A stretch of DNA of 63,995 bases, counting the filler, from Catajapyx aquilonaris (lineage: Eukaryota), in assembly GCA_000934665.2 (NCBI GenBank). It is 3 parts of 3 records of this genome, joined end to end, with 100 filler letters (N's around TTAATTAATTAA, not from the genome) between each part and the next. Parts side by side here need not be neighbours in the genome. Positions count along the whole stretch, not along the records: positions 43,569 to 63,995 come from JYFJ02006257.1; 2 more parts are not named here. One strand, given 5' to 3'. Below, one piece after another: positions 49,666 to 63,995 of this stretch (position 1 is its first letter; each line of letters begins with the position of its first letter). The notes beneath the pieces are model-generated. The model was not told the origin of the DNA, searched no databases, and was given only the letters and a program-made list of their open reading frames with translations. A program made the position numbers and the translations under genes.

Positions 49666-50545
49666 GTGGTGGTGGGGGGGGGGGGTAACGTGGTAAGGAC
49701 ATTGGCGTTGACCGCGTTAGATCGAGATTCCTCGAGATTTCCCGTGTAAAAGGGTGGGCCTCGCGGTTATGCGGTATCACCTCGGAATGTCGGGTGTCCT
49801 GTGAGGCAATGCCTCACTATTTCTCAGAGGTCAGAGCCAGGTTGCAAAAATTATACTATGGTATATGGAATCACCTTTTTCCGGAGGAAATACCAAAAAC
49901 CAGGAAAATCGGTACTTGGAGCAGTATATCACTTGGCGGTTAAATATAGCAGCTACAGTTAGCAGTTATCCCGTGAACGCGCGTAGACTGGCTGTGGACT
50001 TGTGGTTGATGATTAGACTCCGGATTTTTAGGCAAGGGCCTATTTAGTTCCTTAACAGTTGGGATGGTTTTGTGAAGAGATTGATCCGTTTCATCCGTGC
50101 AGGATGTGGAAAATTTAGGTTTTATAGTGCCTAAAATGGCATATTTCGTGGTTTTGGGAATCATTTTGCCTATTCTGTCTTTTTGCGACTTTCCATGCCT
50201 ATTTGGACTTTTTTGGGATAGTTTATGAACTTTTTGAAGCGATTTCGGGACTTTTTGGGCCTTTTTCTTCAGAGGCAGGTTTGGGTTTTTGCGGAGTATT
50301 TTTTGTGCTCCTGAAAGGACCAAAATTGTTCAGAAGTAATACTACGAATCATGTTCCTGTGACGCGTACGCCAAATATGTTTCTAAATATATTTTCCTCT
50401 GATTGTTCCAGGCAGAGGAAAATTTAGAAAAATATTTGGCAATATATTGTGCAACTGGAAACTAGTGGTGGGACGAAAATATCATGTCGGCTACTTTGTC
50501 GCTGCTGCAGCAATGTAGCTGCGACTCTATATGTCGACTTTTATT

Positions 50546-50706
50546 TTCACCAGAAAATATTATCTACTTCTAAACAGCTACTTTCGGCGATTCGGCGACT
50601 CGGCTACTCGGCTACTCGGCTACTCGGTGCAGCTGTCCATGTGAGTCGCCGAGTGGCTGAAAGTCGCTGTTTAGAAGTACGTAGATATGATGTTTTCTGG
50701 TGGATA
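50546..50706. repeat. Imperfect palindrome with internal CTCGGCTA tandem repeats (MITE-like)
   Basis: CACCAGAAAATATTATCTACTTCTAAACAGC ... GCTGTTTAGAAGTA..TAGATATGATGTTTTCTGGTG. Confidence 0.6.
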
Positions 50707-51852
50707 CTTCTCGGCCTTGAGGCTACTCATCGTGTCGATTTCGGCGACTCGGTGCCCAGCTTAGCAAGTAAATGACCCATGTTCCGGCGTCCAGCATACG
50801 AAGGACGATTTTAATTATTCGTCCTGATTTTCAATTATCGACATAATTATGTGCAACTCGTTGTCATCTCAACAACACTGAGGCAGGAGTCAGACGGAAA
50901 ATGTTTGGGATTTGTGCGAATACAAAATACCGATATAATGTTATTTCTAAGCTGTACGCATTTCAGGCGTTATTATTCTTATACAGTACGGTAATAAATG
51001 TAATTTGAAGTGGACTCCAGGAACTGGTATCTGTAAAGCTCGTATTTTGGAGGTGTCGCCGCGCCGTTGAGCATATTTAACTGTTTATTTATTAATAAAA
51101 ATATCCCAGAAGCTTGTGTGACCTTGAACCCGAAAAAATTTCGCCTGCGGCGAACTGTGTTGCGCACTCGGTTGCGCCCATCAGAAATTCGTCTATACTG
51201 TATACTATACCATTTCAATCCCAGTTAATGCCGACTAATAAATATATTCGAAAATTTAGGACTTGGAGTATCTTCATGCAGGGGTCACAAGCATGTAAAA
51301 AGTAGGCATAAAGTTTTTAAAAATCCATACATTTAGTACTTAACCCTTTGACGGCTACGGGCATCTTATGATGTCCGAGCGTACTTTCCTGCAGGGACTA
51401 CGGGCATCATAAATTATGATGTCTTGAGATTTGCCCTGACAACTTGGGACATTTTCCAACTCCTAAAAGTCCGACCTCACCGATTTTCTTGAAATTCGGT
51501 GCATTGGTAGCCCTAAGCCCACCCACGGGGATGAAAAACACACCTATAATGACCTGCTCAAAATGACCCCGTGACCCATTTTTGAACGAGGCAGAGGTCA
51601 ACTCGTAAAATTCCGACCTTGGCAGGCCACTGCAAGGGATGAAAAACGCATCTATATAGTTACCTGCTCAAAATGACGGTGACCCATATTGGAGGGGGGC
51701 ATATGTCAATGCACTGAATTTCAAGAAATAGGTGAGATCGGAATTTGACCTCTGCCCCCCCCCCTCAAAAATGGGTCACATGGTCATTTTGAGCAGGTAA
51801 CTTTATAATTGATATTTAAGGAGGTTGGCCCAGCATTGCCTTTCAACCTCCA

Positions 51853-52032
51853 AGGATAGGGAAGGAAGGAAGCGGCTGTGTCCTATTATACGGAAGCGAT
51901 CCCGGAATTATCCTAGAAAGACCGTGGAAAGTCACAGAAAACCACAGTCAAGGTTGCCGGCCCCGGGATTCGAACCCAGGACCTCCCGATTAGCAGTCGG
52001 ACGCCTTATCCACTATGCCAACCTGCTTCGGT
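51853..52032 (-). mobile_element. tRNA-derived SINE family B
   Basis: Shared core GGAAGGAAGCGGCTGTG...CCGGGATTCGAACCCAGGACCTCCCGATTAGCAG. Confidence 0.8.
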
Positions 52033-55000
52033 AACTGCAGGTAACTATAGGTAATCCGGGTAATCCGGGGTAATCCGGGCAGTCCGTGGATTATTATTCA
52101 TTAATATCACTCTTCATCAAATTTCCGGAAAGGAAAAAAAAAAACATGAGAGTAAAAGTTCGCAATATTTATTTCCGTTTTCCGCACGGAGACTGATAAA
52201 TGAGAGAAGTTTGTAAATTCTGCACTATCAGGTCTGTATGTTAGGTTGAAACACCGAAAACGTTGATTTAACCGCCGTGGCTGCTTCAAAATAATACGCC
52301 CATAACACATCGTAGCAGTTTTTGGTTTCCAACTATGTCATGACATGACGTAGTTGGAAACCAAAAACATTGTAGATGCCGGCAAATAAATTTCCCTATA
52401 GTTATTTGGCTAATGGTTGAAATACTTAACATTTGATGAGGGTGTGTATCAGCAAGTTTGTCGTCTTTTTCTGCCAATCGGAATACGTATAGGTGTACAG
52501 CATACCTTTTTTGAGCGAGTTGTTGGACGTTAGGGTTCGCTGTCAGCGAAAGGTGTGGTCAACGGCGTTCATCCGACAATGTAGTCGTTCAAGATGGCCA
52601 AAATGAACCCCTCTTTGCACTGGTCATATGATTGTCTCGTTGTTCTCCTAGCATACATCTACATGGTAGAAGGGCACACGCCATTGCACACGCCACTGTC
52701 ATGGTTTCTTTTGTGCAAAACAAACATTAACTTAATGACAATTCTGGCAAGCAACCGTCACAAACATTGGCATCATTGTTGCACAGTATTGTACAAGACT
52801 GTCCCTTTGCCCTTCCCTTCTCGGCTGGACACGCACTTGCCACTACTTTTCACTCAAAAAAAAAGGTAGGCTAATAATAAATCTCAGACTTACCGAAGCG
52901 TCGCGTCGCCTACAGGTGGACGGCGCGGCGCGGCGTAACGCTTCAGTCGGATTACAGCTGTCCGGGAAAAACCTGTGGGAATAGTGTCTGCCATGTATTG
53001 GTACAGTACGTATGATACCAGCTAGTTCGTACACTACATAAGATATAAGAGCAAACAGGACCCAAACTGACTGGATGACTGCCGATCAAAAACTGGAGAC
53101 AAATCCATCTGCTCCTCCGTATACACAAAATACGTATACTGGTAGATCGGGTTGACGCCTTCCCACTAAATTTTGCATATCAATTACCTCGTGGAATTAG
53201 AAACGGTGTTGGGAGATCAAAAGTGAGCTTATGCATTGAAAGATAACACAAACAATGCGTCTTTTTTATTTTTAAGCAGGTTAGATTATTGAAACTGTGG
53301 TTACATTTTTCCTCCCCTGAAGGAATAACCCCTTGCATGCCTTCCATGTGCCTCTAAACGAGGCGTGCGGATTTATTGAAAAGCTATCAATATTTTTGAT
53401 GGCAGAATTCGCAGGAAGGAGTCTTAGAGAAAGCGGCTTAAGCTCCTCGACGCAAATCCTCCGACAACGCAGCTCGGAAATGAGCCGAAAGTGTTTTCTC
53501 TGTCAGGTCTAAAAGGTCAATTTCGGCATATATTTTTATAGGCCTGAAATATTTTTCTCAATATCTTTCTTCTCTCTCTATACTTCCAAGAGTACTCCTC
53601 ACACTTTCAGGATTAACAATCAGTCAAACCTATATTAATCAATAAAAAATATCTATATTTTTTATAAGTGATCATACCTTTTTCCGCATATTAATATTAA
53701 ATCATTTAAAAATAAATATTTGAAATGGTCAATGTAAGTTAAATTAAAACGTCGTTGTAGCCTATATTATAGTGCTATAATTGACTTATAACTCCATCCT
53801 TGACCTATCGTAAAAGAAAAATCGCTAAGGTTACTGTATAGTGTGAAAAAATTATGTGAAAAACTTAAGTTGAGAGAAACCCCGAATTGTTAAGCGGGAA
53901 ATGACGTAATGGTTTTCTATAGAAACGTCCGAAATTTAATTGGAAATCAAAAATAAGAAGCAATTTTCTCATCTATTGACCTCAAGATCGCATCGTGTAA
54001 ATTTTAAAAAGTTCATGCGGACCGATTTTGTATCTTTTTTATTTATTTTTCTACTTCCATAAGTGGAAGTAGAAAAATAAATAGGAAAAAATATATACAA
54101 AATCAGTCCAGGAACTTTCGTGTATATGTGGTGCTCAAGTGTACCCTCACTGACGGTACACTTGAGCACCACATACACAAAATCTCTCTGATGAGTGGAG
54201 GCCTGATAATTTACCCGTCACAAAACCGCTTTATGGCGCAATTCGGGACGCAATGGAAATTACAACGCACAACAAATTAAAATCCCTGCGCCTGTCCGTA
54301 TAAAAGCCCTGGTATTATGAACACCCCACCCTAATTAAAGTGAAATTATGCCTGCCGGTCCATTTGGCAATGTGCTAGACAAATTTTTGGGGGGTCCGCG
54401 CACCCTAAAATCAGTAGTGTTCCGAGGCCATTTGAGCTTATCAAAATCACGCGTTTGTGGTGTTGCGACCATTACACAAATGCGTGCAGATGTTCACCTC
54501 TAACCCGACATTTAAATGCAGATTCGGGTTTAATCTTGATGAAAACGGGGAGAGTCCCACCGTTTTACACCTTGCAGCTGTACAAGGTGAGTCAAAACTG
54601 AACCGACGAAAAACAAGTGTAATGCCAATTGCACGTTATGGAGTTATTTTTCAGCAAGTATAGGATCGTTTTGGTCGTCCATAACCGGTGGCCAGATGTA
54701 ATTTGTATCCGTAGTATTTACTGCGTGTCAGGCACTGAAATTCATCAACTCGGAACCAGACTAATACAACAATTACAATACGCCAGAGTACTGTTTATAT
54801 CCTGTTGTGCATATACACAGACACAAGCCCTTGCGAATAGTGTGTATAAATAATTGAGAGTGTTATCCGCACCGCAAATTTACACGCGGTCCGCAGGCTT
54901 TTGCAAACAATGTTATATTTTTCAGCGTCTTTTGAAGCCTAAAATTCCTCTGTGTATGTGTGTGGCTGCTTTGCATGCTGCACCAGGAGTGTACTTACGT

Positions 55001-58000
55001 ATAGCAAAAGCGGAGTTTCAATTACGAGGCACTAACTTGGTGTAAGTGTATTGCTAAACACAATGGGGCCTTGCCATTTTGACATCAACCCGACACGAAA
55101 TAAAATCATTGTCTGAATTAACTGACTGCCGTTGAGCTACTCCGGTGTTAATCCGAGGGGGCTATAGCGTAAACCTCGTTAACAGCTTTCAGGATAATTA
55201 GTTTGGAACGTCTCAGCTCTCTCGGAGAAGAAGAAGAGTTTGGGGAGTGAGAGGGGGGGAGGGGTTTGTCGCCATCATTTTGGGGGGACCGCAGGTTCAG
55301 AAGGCTTTTTGGGGGGAGCAATCCGAAGGGTTTGGCGAAAATACGTCGTCTGGGAAAACCAGAATGGATGCCTGGAGAATGATTACGGCGATTAATGGCT
55401 CTGTCTCACTTACTTGCCCACCTACCCTTGCGGATGAAAAGCGACACCCAGATTAGTGGCCTCGTCTCCTTTTCCTAAGGAATTTTCACTCCTCCTGTAA
55501 CCCTTATAGCTACTGTGTGTATAGAAGAAAATGTATAGAGGGAAATGATCTCATTGTACCCCACTGTGCATTATCCTTATAATATCTTATTGATATGTAT
55601 GTCAAAAGTCACTTATTGTAATTTTTGAGGCATAATGTTGTAACTCACTGTCAGTTTCGACCAGAGTGCGACGCTGGTCGTTCTGAATTTCAGGTCTTCA
55701 ATTACTGACATTTTAGAACAATCCTCCTTAATTGTGTTACGGAAAACAATTAAGCTGCAAATGCATAACAGCGTGATTGAATATGATAATTGGAAATTTC
55801 CTGCCTGGTAGGTTGCGTCATGTCATATTAAGATTACTAACTAGGTAAGTACAGTATATGTTAGTGAATATCGCCTATTCTTCCTCATATGACAACAACA
55901 TTAAAACAATGCATGGCCATATGAATATTGCGTAAACCTTTTTCTTAACCAGTTCACCTACTTTTTTTGTCATTTCTTTGGGGCTGAAATTGTCTGTCGG
56001 CAAACGCTCGCATCCTATTTGCATACGCATCCTTTTGTGCTAATAATTGAAGCGAGTGTGGTGCAAGGTGTGCATGAGAACAGCTCTTAGGTCCCGCCGA
56101 TTGCGTTTTCCTTCCTTGGTCTCAAGTGGAAAACTTCATTAAGGAAAATTGCCTACTTCAAGGCGCGCTTATACAGGATTAAATTATTCACCAGCTGAAG
56201 AGAGAGAGAGAGAGTGGGGGAAAAAACTAAGGAAAATAGAGGTGCGACGCTTCTACTATACCTTCATTCTAGAGCTTTTCTACGCATCCTAAAAAGAAAG
56301 AGTTCCAGCCAAAAAAAACTCAGATAATGAAAAATTTACAGAGAGGAGAATGCGAGACCGGAAGATTTTCTTCATGGTTACATTCAGGCGGTGAATCTTC
56401 CGGTTTCTTGATGCAGGGAAATTTCTTCCTTGGCTGAAGAAAGAAAGGATTAAAGAAAACGCTTGCGTTCACTCCAGCTTATAGATCACAACGTCCATTT
56501 GGGTCCGTTCGCTATACGTCAATCTCAAACATCTTTAATGCCGTCAGTCCCACGAAAAGTTCCGGAGCACTTCTTTCCTGATTATTATCCAGGATTACAA
56601 GTGCCTTCATGTAAGTGCAGCCTGGCGCTAAGAGAAGCACGCAGGCATTATGGATTGAAAGAAGGCAGTGCATTAGCATTATCGTCAGACGAAAATAACA
56701 CATGGATTCAGACATACTTGAGGTAAAGGTGTCATTTTGTCATCAAAGAAAATATCCTCCCAGATATGCGTCCCTTTTGGCCACCTAATTCCAGCAGATT
56801 TGAGTGCGAAAGGTCTGAAGTCAATCTGAATCGTACTGCTCAATCAAATGGCAGCAAAGGAATGAGTTTTTTTTTAAATATAAAAAAATCCTGGAGCTGA
56901 TCGACCGGTATGGCTATAGAACCACGAGGAGAATCATGTACCTGCGGGTATATGGATAATGAATGAGGGGCTCATTTATCCGTATTTTCGTCGCCGGAAA
57001 TTGCTGTCGGGATGAGTCAGTTAATGTATGGCATGCAGGTCTTGGGATAATTAGCCGGAAGAAACGGCGTAATGAAAATTCCCGGAGAAGGTTGCTACCA
57101 GGATGCCGGTGCAGGGCTCCGGGGGGGGGGGGGGNNAAATGTGGGTATATTGTTTGTCCCTGTAAAAAGAACAGAAAAGATATGTATAGAGGGCATAGGG
57201 GTATATGATGGTGGAGGAAGTTTGCAGGCTCTTCAAATAAGAGCGTATGGAAGCAGAGCACAGCAACAAATTTGCGATTCAGATCATTTCCCATGGGAAA
57301 TGAACTCTGGGGCGCTGGATAAATACGCTCAGAAAATTACGCCCAATGAATCGGGATTAATTAGAGCGGGTGATTTACTTCCTCATTACACGGTAATCGA
57401 AGTATCTTGTGTGATAAATGGAAGGCTCGGTCAGGTGAAAACTTTGCAGCCTTTCCCCCGGAACCAGTTCCGGTCTCATTCGATAATGTTTGGCCAGTCA
57501 CGGCCCATGGCGTGGCTACGAGATAAGAATCCGGGAGCATCTCAAATGGTTAATTTTTCATCCAACTCGAAACTTCACTCTCAGTCACTTACACGATTAC
57601 CACTCTCCCCTTTTTGGAACCTCTCGCAGAATGTAGGTCACTATTCTATTGCATTTCTTCGGCCTTTTCAGGGGAGGTCCATTTGTCGAATTTTAAGGCA
57701 TGTCGCACCTTTTAAATAAGCCCCTTTGTATAACGAAGCACTTTTGTGTATGGCACATTAATATCTAAAACGACCTATTTAAAAATGGACAAAGGAACAT
57801 TTTTGTCCGGATTGAGTTGGTCGTTGTGTAATACAGCCTTGGAACTCATGCTTCGTTACGTTTAGACTTTTAGAACAATATATTACGGTGTGCTAGAAAA
57901 ACGCTTGAATAATATACGGTAGTGTTACATCAGAATGGTCGTTATCATATTATACATGTAGCGAAGTGCTGAATGCAGGCAAAAGAGGTGACATTATGCC

Positions 58001-61000
58001 CCAGCATGCTGTCCTAGGGAATAACTGGAATCTTCACTCTTCCATTGCATCAATTACAATAATTCCTCTTCATATTATGTAAAAACTGTCAGAACTAAAT
58101 ATTACTGTGCATCTGACGTGTTTGAACTAAAGTTAACCACTGGTTGAATCTTATTTAACACTAACGTTATAGCGTAGCATATATAACTCGTCATGGTAAA
58201 TACAGCACCGAGCCTAACATTGTTACATTATGAGGTATACTGTTCGTTGTTTTTGTGTAGTTGGTACAGTATAATAATCATATTATTATTATTATTTGGC
58301 CTAACTTCGTACCTCCTACAATGGTTTCTGACTTACACGGCAGCTACCAGGGGAAATTCATCTATGTAAATTCCCAGCACATTTCTTCCAGATGAACTGC
58401 TCTTGCTCTGTGTATGCTGTATGGAGTATGGTAATGTGTGCAATAACGAATATTTTTAAAGTCATCAATTTTTTGAGAACTACAAATTAAATGCAACTAC
58501 AAATTCAATTTGAACAAAGCGAATGCATTATAAGTTGTACTGTACATTCTGCTCGTCTAAACGTGATTTCGCCCCTTCTGCACCTTAATCATAATTATGC
58601 TTCTCCACCTCAAAGGCAGCCAGGCAAGTTTAGACATCTGGACATTTTCTAGCAAAACGTCCTGTTGTCCAATCCGGCTGATTCCAAACGCTTGTGTAAA
58701 AAAAACCTCCAACCGAAAAAAGCAGGTCCGGAAAAAATAGAGCGAGAACTGGCTGTGTCCTGACTGTGATCCAAACCCTTCCGCGAGTGAGATAAATGGA
58801 ACCTGCGGCGAGTGTGTAAATGAACCAGGCGGCGCTGAACGATGCTTGATGAATGACCCGCCAGCACATGTGTGGTCAACACACCCCCCCAGCACGTGAC
58901 CCTCACCCCCTCTCTAGCTGAGCTCTCCTTATCTGTGAGCCAAAACCCTGGTTTAGCTTCCCCTACCATGCAGCCAGGGGTTATCGAAAAGGCACGTGGG
59001 CAACCAAAATGTCAGCACCGACTGTGATGGATAATTGGAATTTCGACCTCACGTATATGTAAGTTCTCTTCGATATCTGTACTCTCATCCCCCCATTGCC
59101 CTGATTGGGGATTCATGACTTGCTCTTGCCCCTTCGTTAATTGTATGAATTTATGGCAATTAAGTTAACGATCAAGTGGAGGCGGCAAAAGGACCCATGA
59201 ACGTCACTGAGGGATGATCAATCTGAAAGTCACATAGGTGTCACATAGTATTGTTTTCGGGGTGAAGGTAGAGCATGTGCCAATAAATATTGTAGAAAAT
59301 GCTGCACAATTGCATGGGCATAAACAATAAAAAAGGACTCGCCCGAATTAACGTGTCAGTCAATATCCCATAGGAATATAGTGCCCCCCTTTTGATGTGC
59401 GTTACCCATGATAGAATATGAAATGATAAAACTACCCGGCATTATGTAAATTCCAATTTATCCTCTCACCTTCCATTACAGGTATCCATACCCTGTTCAC
59501 TGTATGTTTTGAATTTTAATATGATAATTTTGAATATTTGAGTTTTAATTTGCAAAGTTAATGATCGGATCCCTCTGTCATGCAAAATTATCAGCCCCAG
59601 TGTACGAAACGTTAAAATAACTTGATATTTTGTTGACTGCAAACAACATTGCTGTATGATCACCGAAACGAGATGTAATTATAAAAAAATGGAAATGTGC
59701 GCAATAACTTACAATGGATTGCACAGGAACGTAATATTTATGTAGATCTGAACAATCAGTCACATTTTGTTTCCTTCTGATGAAACATAGTGTAGCTATA
59801 TATTCAAACGCTGCTCTGAAATTACACCAGAGTTAGTTAAATAGCTGGCATGTTCATTACAATGGAGGCAGCATAGGGAGTCCAAAACTACTTCCTCGCA
59901 AAAAAATAACCCTCGTTAAAACAGAGCTGTACACAAGCCCGTTATGTGTTTGAAGAATGTACGGTTCAATTCACTCACAAAACTGAGCGACAACAAAAGT
60001 TCGAAGCTCAAATTGGCAATGCTCTGTTCCGTAACAGCAAACAATGCAGACCTCGACTTAACCGACAACAACCTTTGCAACAGCTATACAATGAAAATAT
60101 CGATGTAAATATAATGGATGAAAATTCATCATCCATTTCATATACAGTGTTCATGGATGGTATATACCGCATAAACCGACTTTTGCAAGCGAACAATGCC
60201 CTGAAATAGATTATTTTTTTTCTCTCGTTCTCTCCCAGGTATACACAGTCACTAATGCAGGATATTAATCTGCGCCCGTTCATCAGTGTCTCCGGGCGAC
60301 TCGGTTTAAAACCTGTATCAAAAACGAGCAATGGACTTATTAAACGCTCCCTCCTTCAACCCTTGCTCCAAAATTCGTAAATAAAACCCTGATGGAGGAG
60401 CCAGAGAGGAGCCTGGACGGACGCCAATTTACAAGAACAATGCATTTTTTTTTAAAAAAAAGGAACGGTAATAAAAGTCTTTTACGGGGTGAATCAAAAT
60501 TGCATCATCGGCTGGAGCAGTGTTTCGAATCAATTTTAACGGCAACGTGGGTGTCCCTACACACATTTTTTTTTCTACAGCAAAACATTATTGTTACATT
60601 ACATATGATTGCAACTATATTTTCGTCGAGTGCTATGCGTGCATTATTTAATTCTCAAACTCTCATCTGGTCCTACAGCAATTCATTTTTGGCACACCGT
60701 GTACTGATGCATAAAGTGTATAACGAAGGCGCCAAAAAAAACTCAGAAGTGCTATAAAGTTACTATGAACTCCGCTCTCTGTGATGTATTCTAAAATAAT
60801 TCATAATAGGCAGTGAACTGCAAGTTTGCCAGACACACAGTACATTATTGGCTTCGTGATAAGTTTTATGTCATATTTTCCTCCCTTTAGGCCTTCAGAA
60901 CTTTATTTTTTGATAGTAAATAACTATTTGGTAAAGATCTTCAGCCCGAGGCAGGTTCCGTATAAGGAATCTTCATTATCTACAAGTTATTTTTTCTATC

Positions 61001-63995
61001 ATTTTCACGGCATATTACGCAGCACAAAAAATATTGCCGAATTTAACACATTCAATGATAGCCAGTATTTACAAGAAATTAGCGCACAGTAACTTAGGCT
61101 TATGGTCGACTAATATTCCAAATTAATTGTTTAACACTTGTTACTGCATACACATTATAGTCACCATTAATTTGCAATATGTTGATCTCTAGTTTTCCGA
61201 ATTATGTCACTTATTACCGGAAACGTACATCGGATAGCACAAAAATTCACTTCCAAGCCCCTTAATTCCAGCTGAAGGATCTGGAAGTGAAAAAGTTATC
61301 TCAAGGCTTTTTCCATCGGCATAACCCTTTTCCCCCGGTTCGTTACAAGTTTTGGGAAACGATTTGCCCTGAAAGTAATTGAAAATCGAACTCGAGGGTA
61401 TAGCACCTTGTTTAGCCCTTCAAAAAAAGAAGAAGAAAAAAAAAGGCGAGGAAAACAGTTGTTCGCTAAAGTTTAAAATAAATTCGACCCTTGAAAGTAA
61501 TTATTTTTCTGCCTATGCACTGGTTATTGCACCTAATGAGTTGATGGTATTAAAATACAGTATAGTTTCATTTATATCGTTATGGCAGTGCTAAGAAAAA
61601 GGTTTTACAGCCCTGATTCCGGGAATATCGAGGCAGGAAAAGGCGTGCGAATATTTCAGCAGGGCTGGGAAAGGTGAAAACCGAAATAAAAACAGCTAAA
61701 ATTTATTGTGACGGTACCTAGCACCTACATATCGCCATTTTTGCAGCAATGCAGAAAGTGATGCCGCATTTCATTAACTCTCAATATCATGAAAGTCACA
61801 CACTTGGTGTAAATTGTGAGCTGCTTGAGTTACATCTTTGATTTCATGATGAATATGATGATGATGAGAGTGTGCAAAATCCACGCGAATTATACCAGAG
61901 TTGGGCATGTGTCGTCCCCAGATTTTCCTTCAGATATGCCCCCCCCCCTCTCTCTCCCCTCAAGAGATGAACACAGTTGGATGCTGGCGAGGTCGAAATA
62001 CTAAATCATTAGTAAGTTTGGACCCCGAGAGCAGTTTGTGGGACTGGTAGGAATCGATATCACCCCTTGCTCTGTTTATGCCCTGGTCTCATTTGCAAAC
62101 CAGAAGTCTCGACTACTCCTCTCTCGTCGACCGAGTTTCGCGAGAGTCTATAGGTGGCCGCGTGCGATCCCATTTGCATGATTTCATTTCCATGGACTTG
62201 TGCTGCTGGTTGCAAGGGAGAAGATGCAAGCCTCTCTCTCGCACGTCTCGCGGCAGAAGAAGTTGCCCTAAATCACTCCCCAAGTTTAGGGTTGCAGATA
62301 TAACTTCTTCATGCCAGGGCACAAAGCACGTGATATCGCATTGCAATTGCATCTTGAAGCTCACTTATATATTGCAAGCAGTCCGTTGCATTCTGAAAGT
62401 CCGACTACTCCTTCAGATGGGGTGGGGGCAGTTCAAACCGGAGGAGTGTCGAATTTACAGATGCATTTAAGAGACTCATTTGACGTGAGGATGAGGACTG
62501 AATAATATGACAGAGTAGGTTCTATACTGGGGGCATTTGCTACTTTATAAGTGATGTCAAAGTGCTCGAGGTTAATTAATTTTAATGAGATTTTCTCATT
62601 GACGCGCAATTGTCAGAAAAACTACAGTCACGCATTCCCACAAAATATTCAATTGCATACAAGCTGGTTCAAGGACAGCTACTGTCTAAAGCATTACACT
62701 GTACAACTTAATTTTCATCTTCATTCTAAGTTACTGTTTATCAAATTCCACAAAATTGGCGCACTTTACCTCATTTTCAAAATGTATAACCTGCATCAGT
62801 ATTTATACGTATAAAATCCATAACCTCGTGATCATTAATTCATTATGACTGTACTGCACAGTAAGTGTCACTAATGCTAGTAATGCAGTACTAGTATTGG
62901 TAAAAATTAATAACAGCTTTTTGTAGCCTCAGTAGTAGACTATACACTGTACACACACTATAACGGAACTGTACAAACAAGCAAACAAGACAATAAGTGA
63001 ACTTTACACAGTTTCCAAGCCTCTACAGTGCCGAGTAATGAAAGGACTTCATTAAGAATGGCAATGTTATGGAGAACTCTTCAACAGTAATGAATATGAC
63101 CAAGTCCAATATTATTTATGCTGTGGTCTACATAATTACATTATACCATCAGGGATATCCTCTGTAATTACCCGTACCCTTGAAAGTTCAAGGAAGCATC
63201 TACAGTATTGTTATGCTTATACCCTACCAGTATAAAGCCATACTTTAGCATGTCCAGGAGTAGGAGCAAAATCTGGTCAAGTTAAAGAGTCACAGTTTAT
63301 TTGTATAGGCTACCATTCGTGGAGAAAATTTGGAAATGTACATATTCATTACTTATTCTTATTATTAGCATGCGCAATATGTACTTTTTTGAGAGCTACT
63401 TGCACACACAAAAAGGGAATAATATAGTACGGTACTGTAAAATGGTGTGTCCTGAAACAGAGTTTATCAAACATTTTTTTATGGGTTACGTCTTAAGAGT
63501 TAGGAAAAGATCTCACTATTTTTGGGCACTACTTCCCTTTCAACGTAATGATGGTCATTTTTCACAAACAGATTTGAAAGATTTGCATCACTTCACAGCC
63601 TACTAGTGGGACATACACAGCACTTTGAGGCGGCTTTGAGGACTGCAACATTGAAATAGTTAAGGTCAGGCATCATTTCAAAATATTATAATATATTGTC
63701 TCGACTTTCGTTGGTTTTGTTCTGCTAGATGAACAATTCCTTTACATTGTTTCACGACATTTTTTCTTGTTCCTATGCCTGATGTTCCCTGAAAAACAAA
63801 GACATAAAAAGCAATCAGTAAGCACTGTTAAAACTATTTTAAATGACCTCTCCATGTAACAATATATTGTTCTACTGTCAGTGGCGGATTTCCCATTCGG
63901 CACAATAGGCACTGGCCTAGGGGCGGCCGCCCTGTAGGGGCGGCCGCGAGTTGCAATAAATAATATTTCTCAAATACAATAATAAGAAATGATGG

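Noticed and set aside
50590..50628. Short direct repeats as a CRISPR-like array
   Set aside because: These are 8-bp tandem units without spacers inside a eukaryotic palindrome.
57072..57719. 215-aa ORF
   Set aside because: It spans an N-containing poly-G run and has no recognisable homology.

Overview
Eukaryotic, repeat-rich animal DNA, most likely from an arthropod (inferred from the tweek-like protein and the SINE/mariner content). The window is probably three concatenated contigs (1-21698, 21799-43468, 43569-63995) joined by 100-bp N44-TTAATTAATTAA-N44 six-frame-stop linkers, so adjacency across the linkers cannot be trusted. Segment 1 holds three coding exons of a minus-strand GPR137-like gene plus many MITEs and SINEs. 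Segment 2 holds 11 phase-compatible internal exons of minus-strand BLTP1 (KIAA1109/tweek), including a 56-nt GC-AG intron. Its introns carry nested transposons: a mariner relic hosting an internally deleted R1-clade RT+RNase H element with a 14-bp TSD, an RTE-type LINE interrupted by a Kolobok-like MITE, and two ~1-kb fold-back palindromes. Segment 3 begins with the most unusual feature: a decayed tandem array (43.8-49.7 kb) of an apparently intron-containing, TATA-driven gene. It encodes a LINE ORF1p-like (coiled-coil + RRM + CTD) protein with extra C-terminal exons and no reverse transcriptase, a candidate domesticated ORF1p gene family. The rest of segment 3 is non-coding. All calls come from reading the sequence by eye; no database searches were run.
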